From positions 4,969-68,968 of the forward strand of contig CAZPMW010000001.1 of assembly GCA_964587805.1 (NCBI GenBank): DNA of 64,000 nt. The letters are read 5' to 3'. Shown in pieces: positions 37,907 to 46,090 of the stretch. The DNA is from an uncultured Elusimicrobiaceae bacterium (GTDB taxonomy: Bacteria; Elusimicrobiota; Elusimicrobia; Elusimicrobiales; UBA9959). The notes beneath the pieces were generated by a model. It did no database searches. It was not told where the DNA came from and saw nothing but the letters and a program-made list of their open reading frames with translations. The translations under genes were made by a program, and so were the position numbers. Each line of letters opens with the position of its first letter. Within the stretch, counting starts at the first letter, position 1.

Positions 37907-40015
37907 TCAGTTGCGCTCTTTGCCCTTCACGTCCAACGCTTTGTTCTCCTCGTATATCCAGGGATTAAGCAGATTCTGCGGATCAAAGGCCTTCTTCAGG
38001 CGGCGGTGATATTCATCCGGCGTGAAGACCTTCGGACCTTCGGTCTCCGCGGCCTCCCCGATTTTTCCCTGCGGGGCGTCAAACGCTGTCCTCAGCGTGA
38101 GAGTAAGGATAACCCCGTACGCTCCGAGAGAGCCGCAGAAAAGCTTCATGACGTCATAGCCTGCCACATTTTTGACCGTCTTGCCTCCGAAGGAAAGCGC
38201 GGAACCGTCGGCCAGCGCCACGTCCATGCCCAGCAAGATATCCCGCGCCGGCGCCCAGGCTTTCGCCGCTATCAGGCCGCCAAGCGTTCCTTCCATATCC
38301 GGGAGCGCTATGCTGAAGCCGGCCTTTTTAAGCCATTTCCTCAGTTCCCGTACCGGCACGCCGGCCTCGGCGCGTACGGTGAAGTTAGCCTGGTCAAGCT
38401 CCAGTATCCTGTTCAGCCGGGTCGTATCCAGGGCTTTATATCGCGGTTTACCTCCGGCGGCTCGCCGGTCCCTGGTGCCCAGACCGGTAACCGCGCTCTT
38501 TTCCCCGCTGGCCCGGCGCAGTTTAAGCTCGTTAAGCAGGACGGTCGCGGCCTCTCCCAGAAGGCCCGGCTGGAATGACGCCGCGCCGGCCTGACGGTCC
38601 TCGGCCACCGGCAGGATCTTGTCGGGATTGGCCAGATTTTTGGGATCGAAGGCGGCTTTTATGGCGCCGAAAAAGTCCAGAGTAGGGATGTCATACATCC
38701 AGTTCATGGCAACCCTTTTCTCAACTCCTATGCCGTGTTCACCCGATATGGAGCCGCCCAGCCGGATGCAGCTCCGGAGTATCTCATAGCCGGCCTTCTT
38801 GACCCGCTTTACTTCCTGCATATCACGTTCATCGAAAATTATGTTGGGGTGCAGGTTGCCGTCGCCTGCGTGAAAAATAAGCCCGGCGTTGAGCTTATAT
38901 TTCGCAATGATCTCCCGCGTCTCTTTTAACGCCGCTGGCAGCAGGGGACGGGGAACTACGCCGTCCTCCACCATAACATTTGGCGCCAGGCGGGCCATGG
39001 CGGGATACGCGCCTTTGCGGGCCTGCCACAGCGCGGCGCGCTCGGCGGGGTCGGCAGCGGTCATGACCGCGGAGGCGAAGGCGGCCTTGCAGATATCGGT
39101 GATGTCGCGCAGCTCCGCGGATATTTTACGGTCGCTCGCCCCGTCCAGCTCTATGAGGAGAATGGCTTCCGTGTCAGGCGGGTAATGCGCCAGCTCCTTT
39201 TTCCCGGCGGAACCGGCCGCCCCACGCATTGCCGCGTTAAGCGAAACTTTATCCATGGCTTCCAGCGCGCGCGGCACAATGCCGGCTCCGATTATCCTGG
39301 TCACCGCTTCTATGGCGTTCTCTATAGAGGAGAACGCGGCCACGGCTGTCTTCACAAATTTAGGTTTTTCGAGGATTTTGAGCCAGGCTCTTGTAACAAT
39401 GCCCAGCGTGCCTTCCGAGCCGATCAGCAGGCCCATAAGGTCAGGCCCGGGGTCGCGGTAGCTCCAGAGTTTGATTTCTCCCTCAGGGGTGACGACCTCC
39501 AGCCGCTCTACATTATTGGAGGTCACGCCGTATTTCAGGCACTGGGGTCCGCCCGCGTTCTCTCCGATATTTCCGCCTATCGTGGAAACTTTCTGGCTGG
39601 CCGGGTCCGGCGCGTAGAAAAAGCCGAATTTATCCAGTTCCTGCTGGAGGCGCATGTTCACCACTCCGGGCTCCACCAGCGCCAGGCGCTTTGCGGTGTC
39701 GATCTGTCGTATCTTATTCAAAAGAGACAGGTTAAGTATTACTCCGCCCTTCAGCGGAATGGTGCCGCCGGAAAGATTGGTGCCGGCTATTCTGGGGAGA
39801 AAAGGGATGCCCGCGGCGTATAGGGCCTTCACCACCGGGGCCACCTGTTCCGTAGCGGTGAAGCGCACTACGGCCTCGGGCCTGGCCCGGGCCATGCCGG
39901 CGTCATAGGAGTACATCAGGAGCTCGGCCTCGTCCGTAAACAGGTTCTCGCTGCCGACTATGGCCTCAAGTTCCTTCCTTATGTCTTCGTTTTCAAAACG
40001 GTGTTTTCTGAACAT
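37907..40015 (-). CDS. glcD: FAD-linked oxidase, GlcD fused to a GlcE-like domain
   Basis: The first ~470 aa form a GlcD-type PCMH FAD-binding plus cap domain (ending FDPKNLANPDKILP). The C-terminal ~230 aa form a second FAD-binding-like module (LGTRD...NFTVRAEAGVPVRELRKWL...VKNVAGYDVMKLFCGSLG), as in GlcE. Confidence 0.75.
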   Translation of the reverse strand: MFRKHRFENEDIRKELEAIVGSENLFTDEAELLMYSYDAGMARARPEAVVRFTATEQVAPVVKALYAAGIPFLPRIAGTNLSGGTIPLKGGVILNLSLLNKIRQIDTAKRLALVEPGVVNMRLQQELDKFGFFYAPDPASQKVSTIGGNIGENAGGPQCLKYGVTSNNVERLEVVTPEGEIKLWSYRDPGPDLMGLLIGSEGTLGIVTRAWLKILEKPKFVKTAVAAFSSIENAIEAVTRIIGAGIVPRALEAMDKVSLNAAMRGAAGSAGKKELAHYPPDTEAILLIELDGASDRKISAELRDITDICKAAFASAVMTAADPAERAALWQARKGAYPAMARLAPNVMVEDGVVPRPLLPAALKETREIIAKYKLNAGLIFHAGDGNLHPNIIFDERDMQEVKRVKKAGYEILRSCIRLGGSISGEHGIGVEKRVAMNWMYDIPTLDFFGAIKAAFDPKNLANPDKILPVAEDRQAGAASFQPGLLGEAATVLLNELKLRRASGEKSAVTGLGTRDRRAAGGKPRYKALDTTRLNRILELDQANFTVRAEAGVPVRELRKWLKKAGFSIALPDMEGTLGGLIAAKAWAPARDILLGMDVALADGSALSFGGKTVKNVAGYDVMKLFCGSLGAYGVILTLTLRTAFDAPQGKIGEAAETEGPKVFTPDEYHRRLKKAFDPQNLLNPWIYEENKALDVKGKERN

Positions 40016-41429
40016 GATTTTTGCTGCTTTGCCGCTTCGCCGAGATTTCCGCGGGCTTAAGCTTGGCCGTGAAATGGGCCAGCACTACCGGTGCCTCCAC
40101 CACATCCAGCCCTGTTATTGATTTTTTATCTTTTGCGATGCAGCCCAGGACCTCTATGACATAATCTATGTGGCTCTGCGTGTAGACCCGCCGCGGCATG
40201 GCCAGGCGTACCAGTTCCATGGGCGCGGCCAGGAAGTTGCCGTTCGCGTCCCGGCGCCCGAACATCAGCGTGCCGATCTCGCACCCGCGTACGCCGCCTT
40301 CCAGGTAAAGCCGGCAAGCCAGGCTCTGGCCCGGGAAATTCTGCGGACGGATATGCGGCAGGAATTTTTTAGCGTTGATGTAGACGCCGTGCCCGCCTGC
40401 CGGGTTTATGATCGGTATGCCGTGCTTCAGCAGGCCGGCCCCGAAGTATTCCGCCGAGCGGAGGCGGTACTGAAGATAATTTTCATCCAGCACTTCCCTG
40501 AGGCCTATGGCGATGGCCTCGAGGTCGCGGCCCGCCAGACCGCCGTAGGTCGCGAAACCTTCCGTAAGGATAAGCAGCTGCCTGGCTCTGGCGGCCCAGT
40601 CCTTGTTATTCAGGGCCAGGAAGCCGCCCATGTTGGCGAAAGCGTCCTTCTTGGAACTCATCCAGGTCCCGTCGGCCAGTTCGAACATCTCTTCGGCTAT
40701 CTCGCGCACCGGAACGCTGCCGTAGCCTTTTTCGCGCAGCTTTATGAAATAGGCGTTCTCGGCGAAGCGGGCGCAATCCAGGAAAAGCGGGATGCCGTAC
40801 TTGCCGCACAGTTTCCTGGCGTTTTTCAGGTTCGCCATGGAGACCGGCTGGCCGCCCAGAGAATTATTGGTGACCGTCATCACGCATAGCGGGATATTCT
40901 GCGCGCCCTTTTCCTTTATGAACTTCTCCATGGCCTGCAGATCGGCGTCGCCTTTGAAGGGAGCCGGCCTGTCAAAATCAAGCGCTTCCTTACAGGGGAA
41001 ATCCATGGCATGCGCCCCGGAGGATTCCACATTCGCCCTGGTGGTGTCGAAATGCGAGTTGGAAATAACGTATTTGCCCTTTCCCCCGATAAGGGTGAAA
41101 AGGATCTTTTCCGCGGCGCGGCCCTGGTGAACCGGGATTATCTCTTCAAAGCCGGTCAGGCCGCGTATCTCGTTCTCGAAATTGTAATAGCTGCGGGCTC
41201 CGGCGTAGGATTCGTCCCCCACCATGATGCCGCCCCATTGCGCCGCGCTCATGGCGCCGGTGCCGCTGTCGGACAGAAGATCTATAAGGATCTTCTCAGC
41301 CCGGATATTGAAAAGGTTGTAGTGCGCGGCTTCCAGTATCTGCAGGCGCTCCGCCCTGGTAGTGAAGCCAAGCGGCTCCACGGTCTTTATCTTGAAAGGC
41401 TCGATGATGGTTTTCCATTTCCATTCCAT
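39993..41429 (-). CDS. Beta-eliminating lyase (tryptophanase / tyrosine phenol-lyase family)
   Basis: IIEPFKIKTVEP...LLSDSGTGAMS and the PLP-lysine region SSKKDAFANMGGFL. The 3' end overlaps the glcD start by 23 nt. Confidence 0.85.
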   Translation of the reverse strand: MEWKWKTIIEPFKIKTVEPLGFTTRAERLQILEAAHYNLFNIRAEKILIDLLSDSGTGAMSAAQWGGIMVGDESYAGARSYYNFENEIRGLTGFEEIIPVHQGRAAEKILFTLIGGKGKYVISNSHFDTTRANVESSGAHAMDFPCKEALDFDRPAPFKGDADLQAMEKFIKEKGAQNIPLCVMTVTNNSLGGQPVSMANLKNARKLCGKYGIPLFLDCARFAENAYFIKLREKGYGSVPVREIAEEMFELADGTWMSSKKDAFANMGGFLALNNKDWAARARQLLILTEGFATYGGLAGRDLEAIAIGLREVLDENYLQYRLRSAEYFGAGLLKHGIPIINPAGGHGVYINAKKFLPHIRPQNFPGQSLACRLYLEGGVRGCEIGTLMFGRRDANGNFLAAPMELVRLAMPRRVYTQSHIDYVIEVLGCIAKDKKSITGLDVVEAPVVLAHFTAKLKPAEISAKRQSSKNHVQKTPF

Positions 41430-41451
41430 AAATTTTAACCGCTCCTTTTCG

Positions 41452-42501
41452 TTATTTTACAAATATCGTCATCAATACGAAATAGGCCGTCATAAGAAAG
41501 GCCCCGTACGGCAGAGCGACCCGGGCCCATTCTCCGGACCGGATGTTCAGTTTGGCGGCGCTTATAATATTGGGAATGTTGCCGGGTATAAGCATGCCTC
41601 CTGAAACCAGCAGGCCCATAAGCACGAATTTCACCTGCCGGTCGGTCATCGCCGGCACCAGTTCGGCCGCCGCCAGCGTCGCGTTGTCCAGGATAGCCGA
41701 CACCGAGTTGGCCCAGTAAAGCGCCCAGACAGGCATCCCGGGCACGAAGCGCTCGGCCAGCGGGGTAAGGCTGGCCCCGAGGAAAATAAGCGCCATGACG
41801 AAAACATATACTTTAGCGCTCCGGATGACTATGCTTTTATCGGTTTCGCGGGCGTCTTCCGAAAGGCCTATGGCGTGGGAGCCGGCGGAGCCGAGCCCGC
41901 GTGTCCCCCAAAAAGCGGTCGCCAGTACTCCCGGCGCCACCCAGAAGCCGATCTGTCGGAGCAGATAGAAAAAATCGGCGCTATGCGGCGGGGCCTTCAA
42001 CTTGGCGACGGCGATGGTGGAAAGCGGCTCTCCCAGCGGCGTCAGAGCGGCGCCAAGGCCTATCGCGTAGCAGGCGTACACCACTATCCGGATCTCCTGT
42101 TTTCTTTCAAGCTTCAGAATGGTGATGATCTCGGCCAGCGCCAGGGCGGAGATGATGGCCGTGATAAGGCTGGAGCCGAAGCCCAATAAAAGTATGACGG
42201 AGAAAAGCGCCCAGCGCAGCCCAAGCGTCTTTATAAGGAGGTGAAGCCAGGCCTTGAACCCCGGCCGGGCGGCCCTGAAAGCAAAGCCCAGCGCCAGCAC
42301 GGCCAGCGTTATTTTAACCGGCTCCAGCAGCGCTTCTTCCAGCAGGCCCGGACTCCAGAGGCCGGAGATCGTGACTGCGGAGAGGCCCATTATAAAAAGG
42401 AACGCCTCCAGCTCTTCTTCGGCTTTTTTTACTGAGAAAGGAAGGATCAGCGTCAGGGCCATTATGACCCCCAGGCCGACCACGGTCAGGTATTCGCTCA
42501 T
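41452..42501 (-). CDS. Polytopic membrane protein, putative transporter (DUF1646-like by recollection)
   Basis: 349 aa with about 10 predicted TM helices. The family assignment comes from memory of the N-terminal pattern only. Confidence 0.5.
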   Translation of the reverse strand: MSEYLTVVGLGVIMALTLILPFSVKKAEEELEAFLFIMGLSAVTISGLWSPGLLEEALLEPVKITLAVLALGFAFRAARPGFKAWLHLLIKTLGLRWALFSVILLLGFGSSLITAIISALALAEIITILKLERKQEIRIVVYACYAIGLGAALTPLGEPLSTIAVAKLKAPPHSADFFYLLRQIGFWVAPGVLATAFWGTRGLGSAGSHAIGLSEDARETDKSIVIRSAKVYVFVMALIFLGASLTPLAERFVPGMPVWALYWANSVSAILDNATLAAAELVPAMTDRQVKFVLMGLLVSGGMLIPGNIPNIISAAKLNIRSGEWARVALPYGAFLMTAYFVLMTIFVK

Positions 42502-42564
42502 GAAATTACCGTTGTGCTACAATACTACAGTAATGATTCTATTACTTTTGGGATGCAAAGGAAA

Positions 42565-43479
42565 ATGAGACACCTGGAAAAACCGGTCGGGCTCTTCTTA
42601 TGCGGAGGCGGAGCGCTGGGCAGCTGGCAGTCCGGCGCACTCGCGCGGCTTGTCACCGGAGGCGTGGAATTCGACGCCGTGGCGGGTTTCAGCGTGGGCG
42701 CGCTTAACGGGGCCGGCTACTGCTATAACAAGACCGGCGAGATGCGCGAGATCTGGGCGGGTCTGAAGCCGGAGCGCATGCTCTCCATGCGGCCCGGCTA
42801 TAATAATATGCCTCTGGAACTTTACCGGCATCACGGCCCGGGCTTTTTCCAGACGCTCGGCTTCCTGGTTCAGAAGCATATTTCCAGGATGTATCTCTTC
42901 TCGAACAAGCCGATCTACCGCTTCCTGGACTCCTGGCTTTCAAAAACGGGCGTGAAGTTCAGCCGCGATGTTAATTTTTACGTCATCAGCCACTCCGTGG
43001 AGAACAAATTGCCGTACATCGTCAAATTCGACGGCGGCACGCACGCCTATAACATATCGTTCGTGGACGCGCTGGTGGCCAGCTGCGCCATCCCGACTAT
43101 TTTTCCGCCCATAGAAGTTACCGAGCGCGGGAGCACCTGCCATCTGGTGGACGGCGGCGTGATAGGCGTCGCCAATATAAATCTCAATATTTTTGAAGGG
43201 TGCAAGACCATAGTGATGATCGGCAACTCCAGGGAGGAAGACCTGAATTTCCCGACGTCGGGACTTTTCGGGCATTTTGAATCCAAAGCCAGGAAAATGC
43301 TCGCCATTCACACCCATAAGATCTATGAATCCCGGGTTTTCATAAAATCCGCGCCGGTCGTGCACTATTTCAAGCCCCCGGTGGACCTGGACCTGGGCAT
43401 TCTTGAATTTAACGGCGCCAAATGCGCGCGCGCGTTCGATATCGGGGAAAGGGAAGCCGAGAAGTGGCTTAACAGCTAA
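42565..43479 (+). CDS. Cytoplasmic patatin-like phospholipase
   Basis: LCGGGALG oxyanion motif, GFSVG nucleophile and VDGGV catalytic Asp. Start at the ATG at 42565, after aaagga. GC is noticeably lower than in neighbouring genes: hand counts of two 60-nt lines give 47% and 53%. Confidence 0.75.
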   Translation: MRHLEKPVGLFLCGGGALGSWQSGALARLVTGGVEFDAVAGFSVGALNGAGYCYNKTGEMREIWAGLKPERMLSMRPGYNNMPLELYRHHGPGFFQTLGFLVQKHISRMYLFSNKPIYRFLDSWLSKTGVKFSRDVNFYVISHSVENKLPYIVKFDGGTHAYNISFVDALVASCAIPTIFPPIEVTERGSTCHLVDGGVIGVANINLNIFEGCKTIVMIGNSREEDLNFPTSGLFGHFESKARKMLAIHTHKIYESRVFIKSAPVVHYFKPPVDLDLGILEFNGAKCARAFDIGEREAEKWLNS

Positions 43480-43638
43480 GCAGGGGCCGTTGTTTACTTA
43501 ATGACTATTTGCCAAGTAAAGTTGCCGGACCCGGTCGCAATAATCACATAGACCAAGTAAGCAGGGGACGTTGTTTACTTAATGACTATTTACCAAGTAA
43601 AGTTGCATAGGTCGGTTGCTGTAATCATATTGTAAACA
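43477..43638. repeat. 81-bp AT-rich tandem duplication (2 copies)
   Basis: Copy 1 is 43477-43557 and copy 2 is 43558-43638. In the first 49 nt, 47/49 positions are identical (taagcagggg.cgttgtttacttaatgactattt.ccaagtaaagttgc); the remainder is diverged. Copy 1 starts at the patatin TAA stop. Each copy carries a tttactt/aagtaaa 7-bp inverted repeat. Confidence 0.85.
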
Positions 43639-43672
43639 GTGTTCCCTAACTGCACCTAGCTGCATTCCTTTT

Positions 43673-44521
43673 ATGTTCCTTCTTAACCCCGTCAATTTTC
43701 TCCTGCTGGCGCTTTTCGGTTTTTTTATCGGCGTGCTGGGTTCGGTTCTTGGCGTCGGCGGAGGCATCTTTGTCGTACCCATGCTGGTGCTCGGCATGGG
43801 TATCCCTATCCACCAGGCTATAGCAGTGTCGCTGGCCGCGATCGTGGCGACCTCCAGCGCGGTGGCGTCAGTCAATGTGGAACGCGGGCTCGCAAATATG
43901 CGGCTCGGGGTCGTCCTTGAGCTGACAACCGTTTTCGGCTCTATGGCCGGCGCGCTTTTGTCCGGCGCCTTGTCCCCGTGGCTGGTCCAGCTCATTTTCG
44001 CCTTGGTCCTTTTTCCGGTCTCGGTTTCAATGTTCCTGAAGGTCCGCCGCCCGGCTCAAAGCGGAATAGCCGGGACCAGTGCCGCTCCAGGCACTACCTG
44101 CGGAGCTCTGGACTCTTCGTTTTTTGATCCCGCGAGTAATTCCCATGTGCCCTACCGTGTAAAGAATATCGCGCCTGCTTCTTCCATCTCGTTTTTCGCC
44201 GGCGGGCTTTCCGGCCTCCTGGGCCTGGGAGGGGGGATAATACAGGTGCCGGTGATGACGCTGCTGTGCGGCGTTCCTTTCAAGGCCGCCGCGGCCACCA
44301 GCAATTTTCTGATAGGCGTATCCGCCGCCGCCAGCGCTTTCATCTATTTCAAGAGGGGCTATCTTATCCCGGACCTGGCGGCGGTTATAGTTCTGGGCGT
44401 GCTGGCTGGGTCCTTTGTGGGAATCAAGCTCCTGTACAAAACCGCGTCCGCGAGGATACAGACAGGATTCGCGGTTTTCGTTTTCGCGGTCGCGATAGAA
44501 ATGCTGCGCAGGGCCTTATGA
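43673..44521 (+). CDS. TSUP (TauE/SafE, DUF81) family anion exporter
   Basis: GVGGGIFVVPMLVL and a second LGGGIIQVPVM repeat. About 8 TM helices. Confidence 0.75.
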   Translation: MFLLNPVNFLLLALFGFFIGVLGSVLGVGGGIFVVPMLVLGMGIPIHQAIAVSLAAIVATSSAVASVNVERGLANMRLGVVLELTTVFGSMAGALLSGALSPWLVQLIFALVLFPVSVSMFLKVRRPAQSGIAGTSAAPGTTCGALDSSFFDPASNSHVPYRVKNIAPASSISFFAGGLSGLLGLGGGIIQVPVMTLLCGVPFKAAAATSNFLIGVSAAASAFIYFKRGYLIPDLAAVIVLGVLAGSFVGIKLLYKTASARIQTGFAVFVFAVAIEMLRRAL

Positions 44522-44808
44522 ACGACGCCGATAAAATATCGGAAAAAGCGCTGGGGAAGCTTATCCGGCGCACTTTGCAGGCTGGCATTTGTTTAAGCCT
44601 GCTTTCCTTCCTGCTGGGCTTCATCTGCCGGTTTTACGGTTATGCGGCCGCCGGGGCGTTCCTGCAGGCGGGCGTTCTGCTTCTGATATCCACGCCCGTA
44701 GTCCGGGTGGCCATGCTGGTCTACGGCTATACCCGAGCCGGAGAATACCGCTTCGCCCTAGCCGCCGCCACAGTGTTAATTTTGCTTTTTATCTCTGTTT
44801 TGTTATAG
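44518..44808 (+). CDS. DUF1634-like small membrane protein (usual partner of TSUP genes)
   Basis: ATGA start/stop overlap with the TSUP gene. 96 aa with three TM helices. The longer track ORF (44266) lies in this frame but overlaps the TSUP coding sequence. Confidence 0.6.
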   Translation: MNDADKISEKALGKLIRRTLQAGICLSLLSFLLGFICRFYGYAAAGAFLQAGVLLLISTPVVRVAMLVYGYTRAGEYRFALAAATVLILLFISVLL

Positions 44809-44834
44809 ATTTATCATATATGAGCCCTGCGTAA

Positions 44835-45049
44835 CCCCGGGCATTAAGCGAGGGGTACGACAGATATAGAGAGTCGGTTTCAATTGAATTGAGTGGCGTC
44901 ATTGCCAGGGGGTTCAGCGTGGCGACTGAGCCTGGCGAAGGAAGCAAGCGCGGAAGGGGGACGAAGTCCCCCTCCGGGAGCACCGGGCCGGGTTCCTCTT
45001 TAGGCCCGGCGGTAATCCGCCCCGAGCATTAGGCGAGGGGTGCGACAGA
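44835..45049 (+). other. Structured leader upstream of the his-operon block, with a duplicated 30-nt hairpin motif (candidate cis-regulatory RNA)
   Basis: ccccgggcattaagcgaggggtacgacaga (44835-44864) and ccccgagcattaggcgaggggtgcgacaga (45020-45049) share 27/30 nt. Between them lie GC hairpins at 44952-44975 and 44983-45009. The second motif abuts the SD (ggagga) of the gene starting at 45062. Confidence 0.4.
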
Positions 45050-45061
45050 GGCGGAGGACTT

Positions 45062-46069
45062 ATGTCTAAAACTGAATTTTCGGCTATTGTGCCGGTGGCG
45101 GGGGCGGGGACGCGGCTTCGGCCGCACACGCACACCTACCCAAAGGTGCTGCTGACCGTGGGGGACAAGCCCATCCTCGGCCATATTCTTGACGAGCTCT
45201 CGGCGGCGGGCGTTAAAAAAATCTTCATGGTCATCGGCTATATGGGGGATAAGATCAGGACCTATGTCTCGGATAAATATCCACGGCTCGATGTCCGCTA
45301 TATTACGCAGGAGGAGCCCAAGGGCCTCGGACACGCGATCTGGATAACCCGCAATTATGTAAAAGGCCCCGCGCTGGTTCTGCTCGGCGACACCATAATT
45401 TCAGCCGACCTCCGCAAGTTTATGAGCGGGGGGGATGACGCCATAGCCGTAAGGGAGGTGGCCGACCCGCGCCGCTTCGGCGTGGTGGAAGCGAAACGAG
45501 GCCGTATAATCAGTATGGTTGAGAAACCCGCGAACCCGGTTTCCAACCTCGCCATCGTTGGCATCTACTCTTTCAAGGACAGCCGCCCGTTGTTCGGCAG
45601 TCTGGACAACCTGGTACGGTCCGGCCGGACCACCAGGGGGGAGATACAGCTTACCGACGCCTTGGCGCTTATGCTCAAGGGCGGCCACAAATTCCGCCCG
45701 GTAACGATAGACGGCTGGTATGACTGCGGGAAACCTGAAACCCTGCTGGAGACCAACCGCTATATCCTGAAAAAGAAAAATCCCGCGCACCGCGCGCCCG
45801 GCTGCGCCATAATAGAGCCGGTGTACATCTCGCCGCGCGCGAAGGTTTCCAATTCGGTGATCGGACCTTACGCTTCCATAGGCGACGGGGTTATAGCTGA
45901 CTACTCTATAATCTCGGACTCCATTATCAACGAGAAAGCCGTAGTCATGAACATGAACCTCAGCCGGTCGCTGGTCGGCCCGGGCGCCACTATCATAGGC
46001 CGGCGGGAGCAGATCAATATCGGAGAGAGCTCGGAGATAAGGTTCGATAAGGCGGTTTGCGAACTGTAA
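45062..46069 (+). CDS. Sugar-phosphate nucleotidyltransferase with a C-terminal left-handed beta-helix
   Basis: AIVPVAGAGTRLRPHTHTYPKVLL (G-x-G-T-R-x-P motif). The C-terminus has hexapeptide-like repeats. First gene of the his-containing transcription unit. Confidence 0.75.
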   Translation: MSKTEFSAIVPVAGAGTRLRPHTHTYPKVLLTVGDKPILGHILDELSAAGVKKIFMVIGYMGDKIRTYVSDKYPRLDVRYITQEEPKGLGHAIWITRNYVKGPALVLLGDTIISADLRKFMSGGDDAIAVREVADPRRFGVVEAKRGRIISMVEKPANPVSNLAIVGIYSFKDSRPLFGSLDNLVRSGRTTRGEIQLTDALALMLKGGHKFRPVTIDGWYDCGKPETLLETNRYILKKKNPAHRAPGCAIIEPVYISPRAKVSNSVIGPYASIGDGVIADYSIISDSIINEKAVVMNMNLSRSLVGPGATIIGRREQINIGESSEIRFDKAVCEL

Positions 46070-46090
46070 TATCTTAGGAGGGCCCGCATC

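Noticed and set aside
44920-44960. The GGAAGCA motif (cctggcgaaGGAAGCAagcg) resembling the conserved domain IV of SRP (4.5S) RNA.
   Set aside because: When aligned on GGAAGCA, the preceding bases (cctggCGAA) cannot form the 3-bp helix closed by a GNRA tetraloop required in SRP RNA. No long terminal helix pairing the flanks is evident on either strand.
44860-44975. Glycine-riboswitch-like fragments (tagagag, gcgaaggaagcaa, gaagggggacg) in the his leader.
   Set aside because: The pieces resemble conserved glycine-aptamer cores only loosely, with insertions. They are about 10 nt apart instead of being separated by complete aptamer helices. The downstream genes are histidine genes, not glycine-cleavage genes.
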